A DNA stretch of 64,000 bases from Acidimicrobiia bacterium. Lineage in GTDB: Bacteria > Actinomycetota > Acidimicrobiia > Acidimicrobiales > Bin134. Under the pieces are notes generated by a model. That model searched no databases and had not been told where the DNA came from. It saw only the letters and a program-made list of their open reading frames with translations. The translations under genes and the position numbers were made by a program. Of this stretch, positions 1-9,011 are shown piece after piece; positions within the stretch are counted from its first letter, which is position 1; each line of letters opens with the position of its first letter. The stretch is from assembly GCA_009843865.1 (NCBI GenBank), contig VYCQ01000024.1, forward strand, positions 2,638 to 66,637. The letters run 5' to 3'.

Positions 1-319
1 TATGATCGCCTGTTGAGCACAATCCCAGAACCACGCAGCTAACCGCACCCATGCCCGACGCAAAAGCCCTGGCAGCCTCAGCTCCCTCCATCTCAGCCAT
101 CGCATTCTCGAAAGCTGCCGCGGTGGGGTTGCCGTTACGGGTGTAGTAATGGCTCTCGGTTGGATCTAAGGCCATTTGGCGACCCAAAGCCAACGAAGGG
201 ATGCGAAAAGTGGTGGTGGGATACAACGTTGGGGCTAACTCGGCACCCGCGAGGCCCCGCCCTGCCAGCACCGCCAGGGTATCGGGATGAGAAAAATCGC
301 CGGAGTTAGGCACCATCAT
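1..319 (-). CDS. Cys/Met-metabolism PLP-dependent enzyme (cystathionine gamma-synthase / O-acetylhomoserine sulfhydrylase family), N-terminal fragment running off the window
   Basis: Minus-strand translation from the ATGATG at 319/316 gives MMVPNSGDFSHPDTLAVLAGR...YYTRNGNPTAAAFENAMAEMEGAEAARAFASGMGAV, the typical N-terminus of the trans-sulfuration PLP family. It overlaps the metX stop by about 14 nt. It is absent from the ORF track because no stop lies in the window. Confidence 0.7.
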   Translation of the reverse strand, partial: MMVPNSGDFSHPDTLAVLAGRGLAGAELAPTLYPTTTFRIPSLALGRQMALDPTESHYYTRNGNPTAAAFENAMAEMEGAEAARAFASGMGAVSCVVLGLCSTGDH

Positions 320-1517
320 CACCCACTTTTTCTAAGAAATTCGTAATGGCGTGGCCCACCGCTTCGGTCTCTAACAAGAAACCATCGTGACCTTGAGGAC
401 TCTGTACCACCGTATAAACACAGCGCCCACTAGCAGCTACCACCGCATCATGCAACTCCATTTGCTGATGAGGAGGATACAGCGTGTCGCTGGAAATGCT
501 AAGCGACAACACGGGGGCCTTAAGCCGAGAAATAGCAGCCGCCAAACCGCCACGGTAGCGCCCTATATCGTGCAAGTCCATCATCCGATTAAGCACCAAG
601 TAAGTGTTAGCATCAAAGCGCTTTGCTAGCTTCTCGCCGTGATAGTCCAAATACGACTCCACCTGAAAACGATCCCACAAGCCATACACCGAGTGAATGT
701 CGTATTGGTCTCGCCCGAAGCGCTCCTCAAACACCTCATCGGTACGATAGGTAATCTGAGCGAGCGATCGGGCGATAGCCAACCCCGCAAACGGGCCCTG
801 CCCAGATGGGTTGTCGTAATAGTCGCCGCCATTCCAATTTGGATCTAATGCTAAGGCAGTGCGGCCCACTGCTGACCAAGCAATTTGCTGAGCGCTAGCA
901 GCCATACAACCAGCCAAAGCACACACCGATCCCACCCGATCTGGGAACATGATGCCCCATTCCAGGGCTTGCATGGCACCCATAGACCCCCCCACCACCG
1001 TTAGCCAACGCGCTATACCCAAATGGTCAGCCAAACGACGCTGAGATCGCACAATGTCGCGTACCGTCACGATGGGAAATGCCGAACCATAGGGCTTGTG
1101 GGTCGCAGGGCTGTTTGAGGATGGCCCCGTAGAGCCCTGACAGCCGCCCACCACATTAATGCACACTACGAACAACTCGTTGGTGTCCAGAATCTTGCCG
1201 GGGCCCACCATCTCACCCCACCAACCAGGCGAAGAATGACCCAGCCCTGCATCTCCTGCCACATGAGAGTCGCCGGTTAAAGCATGACATATCAGCACGG
1301 CGTTAGAGCCATCAACGGCTAACTTACCCCAAGTCTCATAAGCCAAAGTAACTTCTGCAAGCGCCCCACCACCCTCTAAAACAAAGGTGCCGGGCCGCTC
1401 CAAGGTGAAAAACTGGCGATTGCCCACAGGATCGCCGTTGCGCCACGCGCCGGTAACCGGCAGCTCTGCGCTGTAGCAGCGGGGATGCGGCGGACGGCTG
1501 CTTTTACCTGCTAACAT
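306..1517 (-). CDS. metX: homoserine O-acetyltransferase
   Basis: Alpha/beta-hydrolase MetX signatures are present: LAYETWGKL, CHALTGDSH, GGSMGAMQALEW, HDGFLLE. The maximal ORF starts at GUG 1580. I prefer AUG 1517 (M22), which is preceded by GAGAGGG, because the N-terminus is already long and a leader RNA structure lies upstream. Confidence 0.9.
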   Translation of the reverse strand: MLAGKSSRPPHPRCYSAELPVTGAWRNGDPVGNRQFFTLERPGTFVLEGGGALAEVTLAYETWGKLAVDGSNAVLICHALTGDSHVAGDAGLGHSSPGWWGEMVGPGKILDTNELFVVCINVVGGCQGSTGPSSNSPATHKPYGSAFPIVTVRDIVRSQRRLADHLGIARWLTVVGGSMGAMQALEWGIMFPDRVGSVCALAGCMAASAQQIAWSAVGRTALALDPNWNGGDYYDNPSGQGPFAGLAIARSLAQITYRTDEVFEERFGRDQYDIHSVYGLWDRFQVESYLDYHGEKLAKRFDANTYLVLNRMMDLHDIGRYRGGLAAAISRLKAPVLSLSISSDTLYPPHQQMELHDAVVAASGRCVYTVVQSPQGHDGFLLETEAVGHAITNFLEKVGDDGA

Positions 1518-1634
1518 GGCCCTCTCTATAAGATTCAATGAGTCAAAGTTACTGTGTTGGTGCTCGCTGAGAAGGGCCACCGCCTGCGTTACAATCAGGC
1601 TCGGACACTTAGTTGCCCCTGCTTACAACAGAGA

Positions 1635-1754
1635 CCACATCCCCCGCCCAAGCGGGTGAGCACCTTAGGTGTCCTTCCCAGGTTGCTGGACTCTCTCACC
1701 CTTTACTTGGTGTCAGAAAACACCTAGCTGAGCACAGAGCCGCTCTTGATGTAG
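1635..1754 (-). promoter_or_regulatory. candidate SAM-I-clan riboswitch aptamer in the metX 5' leader
   Basis: The minus-strand RNA reads CUACAUC-AAGAG-CGGCUCU...AGAGUCC-A-GCAACC...AAGGUGCU-CA-CCCGCUUGGGCGGG-G-GAUGUGG. A four-helix junction can be drawn by hand: P1 CUACAUC/GAUGUGG, P2 GGCUCU/AGAG(U)CC, P3 GCA(A)CC/GGUGC, P4 CCCGC/GCGGG. The strings AUCAAGAG, GCAACC and AAGGUGCU are conserved, and the element sits upstream of methionine genes. Confidence 0.55.
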
Positions 1755-1794
1755 TTGTATGTGAGCTAAAGGTTAGCGGCCAAAAGCGCTCACT

Positions 1795-3006
1795 TCAAAC
1801 AGGTTGAGCCACTGGATCCCAGCGGTCCAAAGCAACCAACCGCTCGTCATTAGAAAACATCTCCACGATCGGCATATCTAGAGCTAGCCTACGCTGAAGC
1901 CGCTTCACCTCTAATTCTTGGTTCCACAAAGACAAAGTAACGGCCATTCCGGTCTCGCCCGCTCTGGCTGTGCGCCCTGAACGATGCAGATAAGTTTTAT
2001 AGTCAGGTGCGGGGTCATAGTGAACCACCACATCCACATCGTCAATATGCAGCCCCCGAGCAGCCACATCGGTTGCTACTAACGCCTGGATTTTGCCCAA
2101 CATGAAACGAGCAAGGGAGCGTTCACGAATGTTTTGACGCAAGTCCCCGTGAATGGGTTCAGCTCGCACACCCAAAGATTTGAGATCACGACTGAGACGA
2201 TCACAGCCATAACGAGTAGCACAAAAAACCAACGTGCGGTTGGAAGCAGCAATTATGGTGGCAGCTACCTTCAACTTGTCCATCTGATGTACTGCTACAA
2301 ACCGGTGCTGCATCTCATCCACGGTCACTTGCCGGGACTGCACCTCATGGCGAACCGGCTTAGTCTGATAGCGGTGCACCAAAGCGTCCACTGCTGCATC
2401 AAGGGTGGCGGAGAACAACAATGTCTGATGGCGAGATTCTACATGGCGCAAAATCCACTCCACCTGAGGCAAAAACCCCATGTCAGCCATACGGTCGGCT
2501 TCATCTACCACCACAAACTTCAGCTCAGACACGAACAACGCCTTACGATCAATTAGATCAATAAGGCGTCCGGGGGTAGCCACGATTATGTCTAGACCGG
2601 CTTGAATCTTGCTTACCTGCGCTTCAATGGGCTCACCGCCATAAAGGGGGGCCAAACGCAATTTACGACGCTCAGCTAACGGACGTAGTTCTTTAGCCAC
2701 CTGCAAGGCCAACTCACGAGCAGGCACTAAAATCAGGCCCCGTGTGCTGCCAGAACTGCTATTAGAAGATCTAACTTGACCAGAACCATTCTTAGACGAT
2801 CCGGCATTAGATAAGCGCTCTACCATGGGGATACCGAAAGCCAAAGTTTTGCCAGAACCAGTCTTGGCTTTGCCACAGACATCACGGCCTGCCAAGGCAT
2901 CAGGAATGGTTATTAGCTGAATTGGAGACGGGCTGTGGATACCCCGTTCTTTAAGCGTGGCTACCAAATCGCTAGCCACACCCAAAGCACTGAAATTATC
3001 TGTCAT
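1795..3006 (-). CDS. DEAD-box ATP-dependent RNA helicase
   Basis: Helicase motifs are all present: Q-motif region, AKTGSGKTLAF (motif I), VVDEAD (motif II), SAT (motif III), HRSGRTARAG (motif VI). Confidence 0.9.
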   Translation of the reverse strand: MTDNFSALGVASDLVATLKERGIHSPSPIQLITIPDALAGRDVCGKAKTGSGKTLAFGIPMVERLSNAGSSKNGSGQVRSSNSSSGSTRGLILVPARELALQVAKELRPLAERRKLRLAPLYGGEPIEAQVSKIQAGLDIIVATPGRLIDLIDRKALFVSELKFVVVDEADRMADMGFLPQVEWILRHVESRHQTLLFSATLDAAVDALVHRYQTKPVRHEVQSRQVTVDEMQHRFVAVHQMDKLKVAATIIAASNRTLVFCATRYGCDRLSRDLKSLGVRAEPIHGDLRQNIRERSLARFMLGKIQALVATDVAARGLHIDDVDVVVHYDPAPDYKTYLHRSGRTARAGETGMAVTLSLWNQELEVKRLQRRLALDMPIVEMFSNDERLVALDRWDPVAQPV

Positions 3007-3919
3007 ACGTGATTTGGGCTTCTACAGATGAATCCTCAGGCATTGCTTCGATGGCATCTGTTTCGGTGGAATCTTCATCGCTCACATCATTCTCTTCACT
3101 GCTATCGCTCTCTTCACTCTCATCCCTGCTACCCCAAAGCAGATAGACCACTGAGGCGCAGAAGAACACCAACATCACCCAGATGTTCACCCTCACCCCC
3201 AACAGTTCGCTAGCAAAGTCTACCCTTATGGTCTCAATCCACAAACGGCCCAGCGAATAACCCAACACATAAAGCCCGAAAAGTCGCCCTGGCTTAAACG
3301 AAAAGCGCTTCGCTGCCCACAACAAAAAAACGACCAATCCCAGGTTCCATACGCACTCATACAAAAAAGTCGGGTGAAAGGTTGCGTCGTTCAGATATTG
3401 GGCGCGGCGATGCTCGGGATCTATCTCTAAGGCCCAAGGCAAATCGGTGGGGCGACCATAAAGTTCTTGATTAAACCAGTTACCCCAACGCCCAACGGCT
3501 TGACCCAAAGGCAAGGCGGGTGCTACTGAATCGGCAACATCAGTGAACGCGATGTTGCGTTGACGAGCCCACACCCACAACACAGCTGCGGCGGCAATCA
3601 CCGCACCGGGGATACCGAGACCACCTTGCCAGATTTGCCAGCTCTCGCCCCAATTCCCCTGATAAGTGCGCCAATCAGTAATCACATGATAAATACGAGA
3701 CCCAATCAGACCAGCAACCACCGCCCAAACTATGGCTGAACTAGCAAGCTCTGGAGAATGCCCTCTTTTGACAAAACGCTGAGAGAACAACCATGCCGCC
3801 ACTAGCACGCCAAGGGCGACCATCAGCCCATAAGCCCGCAGTTCTAACGAACCGATCTCGAAGCTGCTAGCACTTGGGCTGGGTATTGATGCTGAAATCA
3901 CACCTCTACTCTGCCACAC
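2996..3919 (-). CDS. lgt: prolipoprotein diacylglyceryl transferase
   Basis: Polytopic membrane protein with GRWGNWFNQELYG and GGLGIPGAVI motifs, plus an acidic C-terminal extension. Confidence 0.9.
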   Translation of the reverse strand: MWQSRGVISASIPSPSASSFEIGSLELRAYGLMVALGVLVAAWLFSQRFVKRGHSPELASSAIVWAVVAGLIGSRIYHVITDWRTYQGNWGESWQIWQGGLGIPGAVIAAAAVLWVWARQRNIAFTDVADSVAPALPLGQAVGRWGNWFNQELYGRPTDLPWALEIDPEHRRAQYLNDATFHPTFLYECVWNLGLVVFLLWAAKRFSFKPGRLFGLYVLGYSLGRLWIETIRVDFASELLGVRVNIWVMLVFFCASVVYLLWGSRDESEESDSSEENDVSDEDSTETDAIEAMPEDSSVEAQITYDR

Positions 3920-3995
3920 GCTTAACTAGAAACTGGGGCTCATGGCTTATCTTTGTTGCTCGAACATGCCTTAAAGCTAAATACCTTAAGACGAA

Positions 3996-6725
3996 TCAAG
4001 AGCATCCCGAGGTAGCACCGCAGCTCGAACAAGCATGACAGCTTCCGACTCGCACCATAAGCACGCCGCAGTCAAAGCACACCGGGGCGTGAATATCTTG
4101 AGACGGCTTACCGGTAAATGGCGACGGCGGGTCGGGATGTACAACATGGCCAGCAACGGTAATAGGCACCTGCTCAACAACCCCGGGCAGGGTGGGCTGA
4201 GCACGCTCGTCGGTTGTATAAACCCCTAATCCAAAACGCTCATCTGAATCCAAATAATCTACAGCCAAACGCCTAAACAAATAATCAATCAAGCTGCTAG
4301 CTAGGCGAATGTCTGGATCGTCGGTGATGCCTGCTGGCTCAAAACGCATCCCCGTGAAGGCATCCACATAAGCCCTAAACGGCACCCCATACTGCAAGCC
4401 GTGGCTCACCGCCATGGCGAAAGCATCCATTACCCCGGCCAGCGTGGAGCCCTGCTTAGACACCCTGATGAATATTTCCCCAGGTCTGCCATCGCTGTAC
4501 TCCCCAACAGTGGCAAAGCCCTTGCAATCGGCCACTCGAAACTCAAAGGTACGGCTGACACGAGACCGAGGCAACCGGCGGCGTTGCGGTGCAGGTAGGG
4601 CTGCGCTGTTTTGAGATGAGATATCGCTGCTAGTGACAACCGACAGCGGCTGACCTAGCTTACAGTTGTCGCGATAAACCGCTAAGGCCTTCACCCCCAT
4701 CTGCCAGGCATCCACAAAGAGCTGCTGAATCTCAGCAGCGGTAGTGTGTTCGGGCACGTTCACCGTTTTGCTGATGCCTCCCGAAAGCCAGGGCTGCACC
4801 GCAGCCATCATCTTGACGTGACCACTAGGTGAAATCACATTGTCGCCCATTGAGCAAGCGAACACCGGCAGATGAGCCGAATGCAGATGGGGAGCACCCA
4901 CCACCGAGCCCTGAACCTGCACATAGGTCTTGATCTCATCTATCTCAATAGCGCTGTAACCAAGCTTGCGCAGAGCCCGAGCAACCGTGTGGTTGATGAT
5001 GGGCATAGTGCCACCGCCCACGAGCTTTTTGGTTTTCACCAAACCTAAGTCGGGCTCGATACCAGTGGTATCGCAATCCATCATAAACGAGATAGTGCCT
5101 GTTGGAGCTAACACCGTAGCTTGCGAGTTGCGCACCCCCACCGTGTCGACCCATTCCACAGCTTCATCCCAAGCAACTTGAGCAGCCTTAACTATCTCGG
5201 AGGGCACAGGCTCGGCCTCTAGACGATTTAGAGCATCGCGATGCATTTTTAACACCCTGCGGGTGGGCTCTTGATTCTCCTCAAAACCCTCAAACGGGCC
5301 CAAGCGAAGGGCCATGCGTCCCGATATCTCATAAGCCACCCCCGTCATCAAGGCGGTTACCCCTGCGGCCAGAGCTCTACCTTCGTCGGAATCATAAGCC
5401 AAGCCTAAGGCCAACAACATGGCCCCCAAATTGGCATAGCCCAAACCAAGCTGACGGAAACGACGGGTGTTATGCCCGATCTTTTGGGTGGGATAGTGCG
5501 ATGGGTCGACAAGAATGTCCTGAGCCATAGTCATCACCTGTACCGCAACCTTGAAACCCTCCACATCAAATACGTTGTCATCGCCGACGAACGCAAGCAG
5601 GTTCAAACTAGCTAGATTGCAAGCCGAGTCATCAATGTGCAGATATTCCGAACAAGGATTGCTAGCGTTAATAGGGCTAGTTACCGCAGCGGTGTTCCAA
5701 CGATTAATGGTTGTTTGAAACTGCACGCCCGGGTCGGCGCACTCCCAGGCAGCCTGAGCGATCTGCCCCAACAAATCTCGGGCCTGCACCGTTTCCACCA
5801 CCTCACCGGTGGTACGAGCAGTGAGAGACCAGGGTTGGTCATCAACAACTGCGGCCATGAACTCGTCGCTAAGACGCACCGAATTATTGGCATTTTGGTA
5901 TTGAATAGAGTGGGTATCAGCGCCATCAAGGTCCATATCAAAACCAGCATCTCGCAGAGCCCGGGCTTTGCGCTCCTCAGCAGCCTTACACCAGATGAAC
6001 TCCTCCACATCGGGATGATCTACATCTAACACCACCATCTTGGCAGCACGCCGAGTCTTGCCCCCCGACTTGATGGTGCCCGCCGAAGCATCTGCACCAC
6101 GCATGAAACTCACCGGGCCACTAGGTGTGCCCCCGCCGCGCATCGTCTCGTGGCGAGAACGAATTCGGCTCAAATTAATACCAGCGCCCGAACCACCCTT
6201 GAAGATACGGCCCTCCTCGCCGTACCAATCCAAGATGGACTCCATCGTATCTTCCACCGACAAGATAAAACATGCCGAGGATTGCGGCACAGCGCCGGAA
6301 ACCCCAAGGTTGAACCACACCGGAGAGTTGAAAGCGACATGTTGGTTGACCAACAACCAACGTAGCTCATCGCCAAAGACAACAGCCTCTGCGGGTTCTG
6401 CTAGATGGCCCGAAACGGTGCCCCAAGAAACCAGGGTATCTACAACCCGGTCGATCACCTGACGCAAAGAGCTTTCGCGCTCTGAAGTACCCAAACCGCC
6501 TCGAAAATACTTTTGAGCCACGATGTTGACCGCGTTCTGTGACCAGACCTTCGGGAACTCCACATCAGCCTGTTCAAAGATCACCCGACCATCAACGCCG
6601 ACAATCCGGGCATCGCGACGGATCCATTCAACCTCAGCATAAGGGTGTAAATCAGCGCTGCTGTGGTGCCGCTTGATACCCATTTGGGTGAGGTTTAGGG
6701 AGGTGGGGTTTGAGGTCAGAGCCAT
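3996..6725 (-). CDS. nrdJ: adenosylcobalamin-dependent (class II) ribonucleotide reductase
   Basis: 909 aa. N-terminal RNR class II region (VAQKYFRG..., SACFIL) and catalytic core (NPCSEY, LASLNL). C-terminal Cys-rich tail CFDCG...CHACSSCG. Confidence 0.92.
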   Translation of the reverse strand: MALTSNPTSLNLTQMGIKRHHSSADLHPYAEVEWIRRDARIVGVDGRVIFEQADVEFPKVWSQNAVNIVAQKYFRGGLGTSERESSLRQVIDRVVDTLVSWGTVSGHLAEPAEAVVFGDELRWLLVNQHVAFNSPVWFNLGVSGAVPQSSACFILSVEDTMESILDWYGEEGRIFKGGSGAGINLSRIRSRHETMRGGGTPSGPVSFMRGADASAGTIKSGGKTRRAAKMVVLDVDHPDVEEFIWCKAAEERKARALRDAGFDMDLDGADTHSIQYQNANNSVRLSDEFMAAVVDDQPWSLTARTTGEVVETVQARDLLGQIAQAAWECADPGVQFQTTINRWNTAAVTSPINASNPCSEYLHIDDSACNLASLNLLAFVGDDNVFDVEGFKVAVQVMTMAQDILVDPSHYPTQKIGHNTRRFRQLGLGYANLGAMLLALGLAYDSDEGRALAAGVTALMTGVAYEISGRMALRLGPFEGFEENQEPTRRVLKMHRDALNRLEAEPVPSEIVKAAQVAWDEAVEWVDTVGVRNSQATVLAPTGTISFMMDCDTTGIEPDLGLVKTKKLVGGGTMPIINHTVARALRKLGYSAIEIDEIKTYVQVQGSVVGAPHLHSAHLPVFACSMGDNVISPSGHVKMMAAVQPWLSGGISKTVNVPEHTTAAEIQQLFVDAWQMGVKALAVYRDNCKLGQPLSVVTSSDISSQNSAALPAPQRRRLPRSRVSRTFEFRVADCKGFATVGEYSDGRPGEIFIRVSKQGSTLAGVMDAFAMAVSHGLQYGVPFRAYVDAFTGMRFEPAGITDDPDIRLASSLIDYLFRRLAVDYLDSDERFGLGVYTTDERAQPTLPGVVEQVPITVAGHVVHPDPPSPFTGKPSQDIHAPVCFDCGVLMVRVGSCHACSSCGATSGCS

Positions 6726-7039
6726 CAGCTCTCCTTACAGAGACACACCCGCTGCGGGTACAATCCCCGTTCATGTTCTAGTGGCGATCTATTAACGCTG
6801 CGACGTGAGCGAACAGGTCAAAGGGGCCTTATGACAAAGCACGACAGCATGCCTAATTGTCTAACTGCACCCCTCAAGGAGTCGCATATTTCCACGTTGG
6901 TCTTTAGCGTCAGCCACCATTCCGGTCGCTCACACCGCAGCGTTGCAAAACCGTAGAACACCGGCCCTGTGGAAAGCAGATACAGAACTAGGGATTCCCT
7001 GTGGATTTTTGGTGAACAACTGCCAGCGCTTAATGACAA

Positions 7040-7051
7040 GCCATATATGGC
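7040..7051. promoter_or_regulatory. perfect 12-bp palindrome GCCATATATGGC, a possible NrdR-box-like operator
   Basis: Perfect dyad with an ATATAT core, resembling the core of the published NrdR box consensus. It lies in the shared nrdJ / 7097-gene intergenic region. No clear tandem partner box was seen. Confidence 0.3.
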
Positions 7052-7096
7052 TACCACGCTGCTTAGTTATAGACCGCCTGATACGGTCGCTCGCTA

Positions 7097-7828
7097 ATGG
7101 ACATGCTGTTTCCTAAAGTTGCGAGCGATGTGGACCCGTTGGAAATCTACGCCGCCGACAGCCGCATGCCCAAAGCAGATCGCCCTTGGTTGATGTTAAA
7201 CATGATCACCTCTGTTGACGGCGCTACTGATGTAGTGGGGACATCAGGAGGACTTTCAGGGCCAGGAGACAAAGCAGTGTTTGCTGCTATCCGCTCTGTG
7301 GCAGACATCATCCTGATAGGTGCTGAGACCCTACGAAGCGAGAACTATGGGCCACCTGAAATCAACTCCGCTGCTCTTGCCCACAGAGCGAACCGAAACC
7401 AGCAACCAAAACCCCGCTTGGCTATTGTCAGCGGCTCGTTAGATTTGGATCTCACCACTGATGTGTTCAACAGCAAACCGCCACCTTTGCTGTTTACAGT
7501 GGCAGAGCCACTGCCTGATCGGTTAGCTCAAGCTTGTGAGGTTGCCGAAGTGCATAGGCTGGGAGTTGAACGGGTGCATTTGGCAGAGGTGGTAGGTCGA
7601 CTTAGTGATCTGGGTGCTGGCGTTGTTTTAGCTGAGGGAGGTCCTAGATTAAACGGGCAGCTTCTCGCCATGAACATGCCAGACGAGCTGTGTTGGACTG
7701 TTGCGCCGCTGCTGATAGGCGGAGACAGCGCACGGCTGACATCTGGCGGTCCAGCGAGGCTGGATCGGCTAAGGCTAGAACGGGTGCTGATACAAGATCA
7801 CTATCTGTTCTTGAAATACTGTTCTTGA
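7097..7828 (+). CDS. RibD C-terminal domain / dihydrofolate-reductase-like family protein (pyrimidine reductase-like)
   Basis: LMLNMITSVDGATD, IILIGAETLRSENY and LAEGGPRLNGQLL are typical of the RibD_C reductase fold. Confidence 0.7.
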   Translation: MDMLFPKVASDVDPLEIYAADSRMPKADRPWLMLNMITSVDGATDVVGTSGGLSGPGDKAVFAAIRSVADIILIGAETLRSENYGPPEINSAALAHRANRNQQPKPRLAIVSGSLDLDLTTDVFNSKPPPLLFTVAEPLPDRLAQACEVAEVHRLGVERVHLAEVVGRLSDLGAGVVLAEGGPRLNGQLLAMNMPDELCWTVAPLLIGGDSARLTSGGPARLDRLRLERVLIQDHYLFLKYCS

Positions 7829-7834
7829 AATACT
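7805..7834 (+). repeat. 14-bp tandem duplication (CTGTTCTTGAAATA x2, plus partial CT) spanning the stop codon of the 7097..7828 gene
   Basis: Read directly from the sequence. The two copies sit at 7805-7818 and 7819-7832. The TGA stop (7826-7828) lies in copy 2. Confidence 0.9.
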
Positions 7835-7902
7835 CGCAGCCACATGTCAGCTTTGATGGCTGACCTTCACATTAACAGCCAAGCGGCCTTCAGACACGAC
7901 CC

Positions 7903-9009
7903 TCAAGGACTTGCTAATAAGCGCGCCAAGCACCGATAGTATGACTCCAACGCAGCCCTGTGTACCCGTTCTTCAGCCGTATGCGCCAACGTTGGGTCGC
8001 CAGGGCCAAAGTTCACAGCAGGTATGGCCCGCTCTGCGAAAAAAGCCACATCAGTCCACCCCAACTTGGCTCTGATCTCTAAGCTGTTCTCAGCAATCAG
8101 CCGTTGCAGCAACCGGTGCCGCAGCCCCGGTGCCGCAGCCCCAGCATGTTCGGTGATCTCAAAGGTGTCGTCGGGTCCTAGCGCTGGTGCCAACAACTCT
8201 CGCAATGCTGCTTCTGCTTCGTGACCGCTACGATCGGGAGCATACCTGTAGCCCAGCGTGATGCTAGCTTGGTCTGGCACCACATTGCCCGCAACCCCGC
8301 CCTCCACAGCCACGGCTTGTAGGGACTCACGAAACTCACAGCCATCAATATCAACCATACGGGGCTCATAAGCATCTAGCAGCTTCAGCAGCAACCCCAA
8401 ACGGTGAACGGCATTCACCCCCATCCACGGCCTAGCAGTGTGGGCTCTGACCCCAGCCAAGGTAATTTGGGCGCGCATGGTGCCCTGACAACCGGCCTCC
8501 ACAGTGCCATCAGTAGGCTCTCCCAAGATAGCCACGTCTGCGTCCAACAGATGGGGGTGCGACGCAAAAAGCTCGCGCAGCCCGCTGTCGGCGATGGCCA
8601 CCTCTTCACGAGCATAAAATAACCATGTCACATCCACAGATGCTTTGGTGGGGACAACTGCTAACTCCAGCATCACCGCTAGCGCCGACTTCATATCGGA
8701 CGCGCCTAGCCCCCACAGCACATCGCCTTTGATAATGGGTGTTGCGTTACCGTTAGGAGCAACGGTGTCGCTATGCCCACCGATCAACACCCGAGTGGGC
8801 TTAGCTAGCTCAGTACGAGCAACCACATTGTCCCCCACGCGATATACGCTTAACGCAGGGTTGTGGCGCAGGCGAGCCTCAATCAAGCTAGCTATGGCTG
8901 CTTCTTGGTACGATACCGAAGCCAGGCTGACCAACTCGGCTGCTTTATCTAACAAATCCGGAGGAGGAACTAAACCTGCTGCGTCTTCGGGTACTTGTTG
9001 AACAACCAC
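7903..9009 (-). CDS. dapE: succinyl-diaminopimelate desuccinylase (M20 peptidase family)
   Basis: M20 metal-binding motifs (GHSDTV, SDMKS, EE pair). It lies immediately downstream of dapD and dapC. Confidence 0.8.
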   Translation of the reverse strand: MVVQQVPEDAAGLVPPPDLLDKAAELVSLASVSYQEAAIASLIEARLRHNPALSVYRVGDNVVARTELAKPTRVLIGGHSDTVAPNGNATPIIKGDVLWGLGASDMKSALAVMLELAVVPTKASVDVTWLFYAREEVAIADSGLRELFASHPHLLDADVAILGEPTDGTVEAGCQGTMRAQITLAGVRAHTARPWMGVNAVHRLGLLLKLLDAYEPRMVDIDGCEFRESLQAVAVEGGVAGNVVPDQASITLGYRYAPDRSGHEAEAALRELLAPALGPDDTFEITEHAGAAAPGLRHRLLQRLIAENSLEIRAKLGWTDVAFFAERAIPAVNFGPGDPTLAHTAEERVHRAALESYYRCLARLLASP

Positions 9010-9011
9010 GG

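Noticed and set aside
1613-1807. 64-aa plus-strand ORF between metX and the helicase gene
   Set aside because: It lies on the opposite strand across the candidate SAM riboswitch and leader, and has no coding support.
6818-7057. 79-aa ORF in the nrdJ leader, and the idea of a cobalamin riboswitch there
   Set aside because: The ORF has no coding-like features. I looked for B12-box / GCCACUG-type cobalamin riboswitch core elements and found only a loose GCCACUAG. A B12 riboswitch in front of the B12-dependent reductase would also be biologically unusual.
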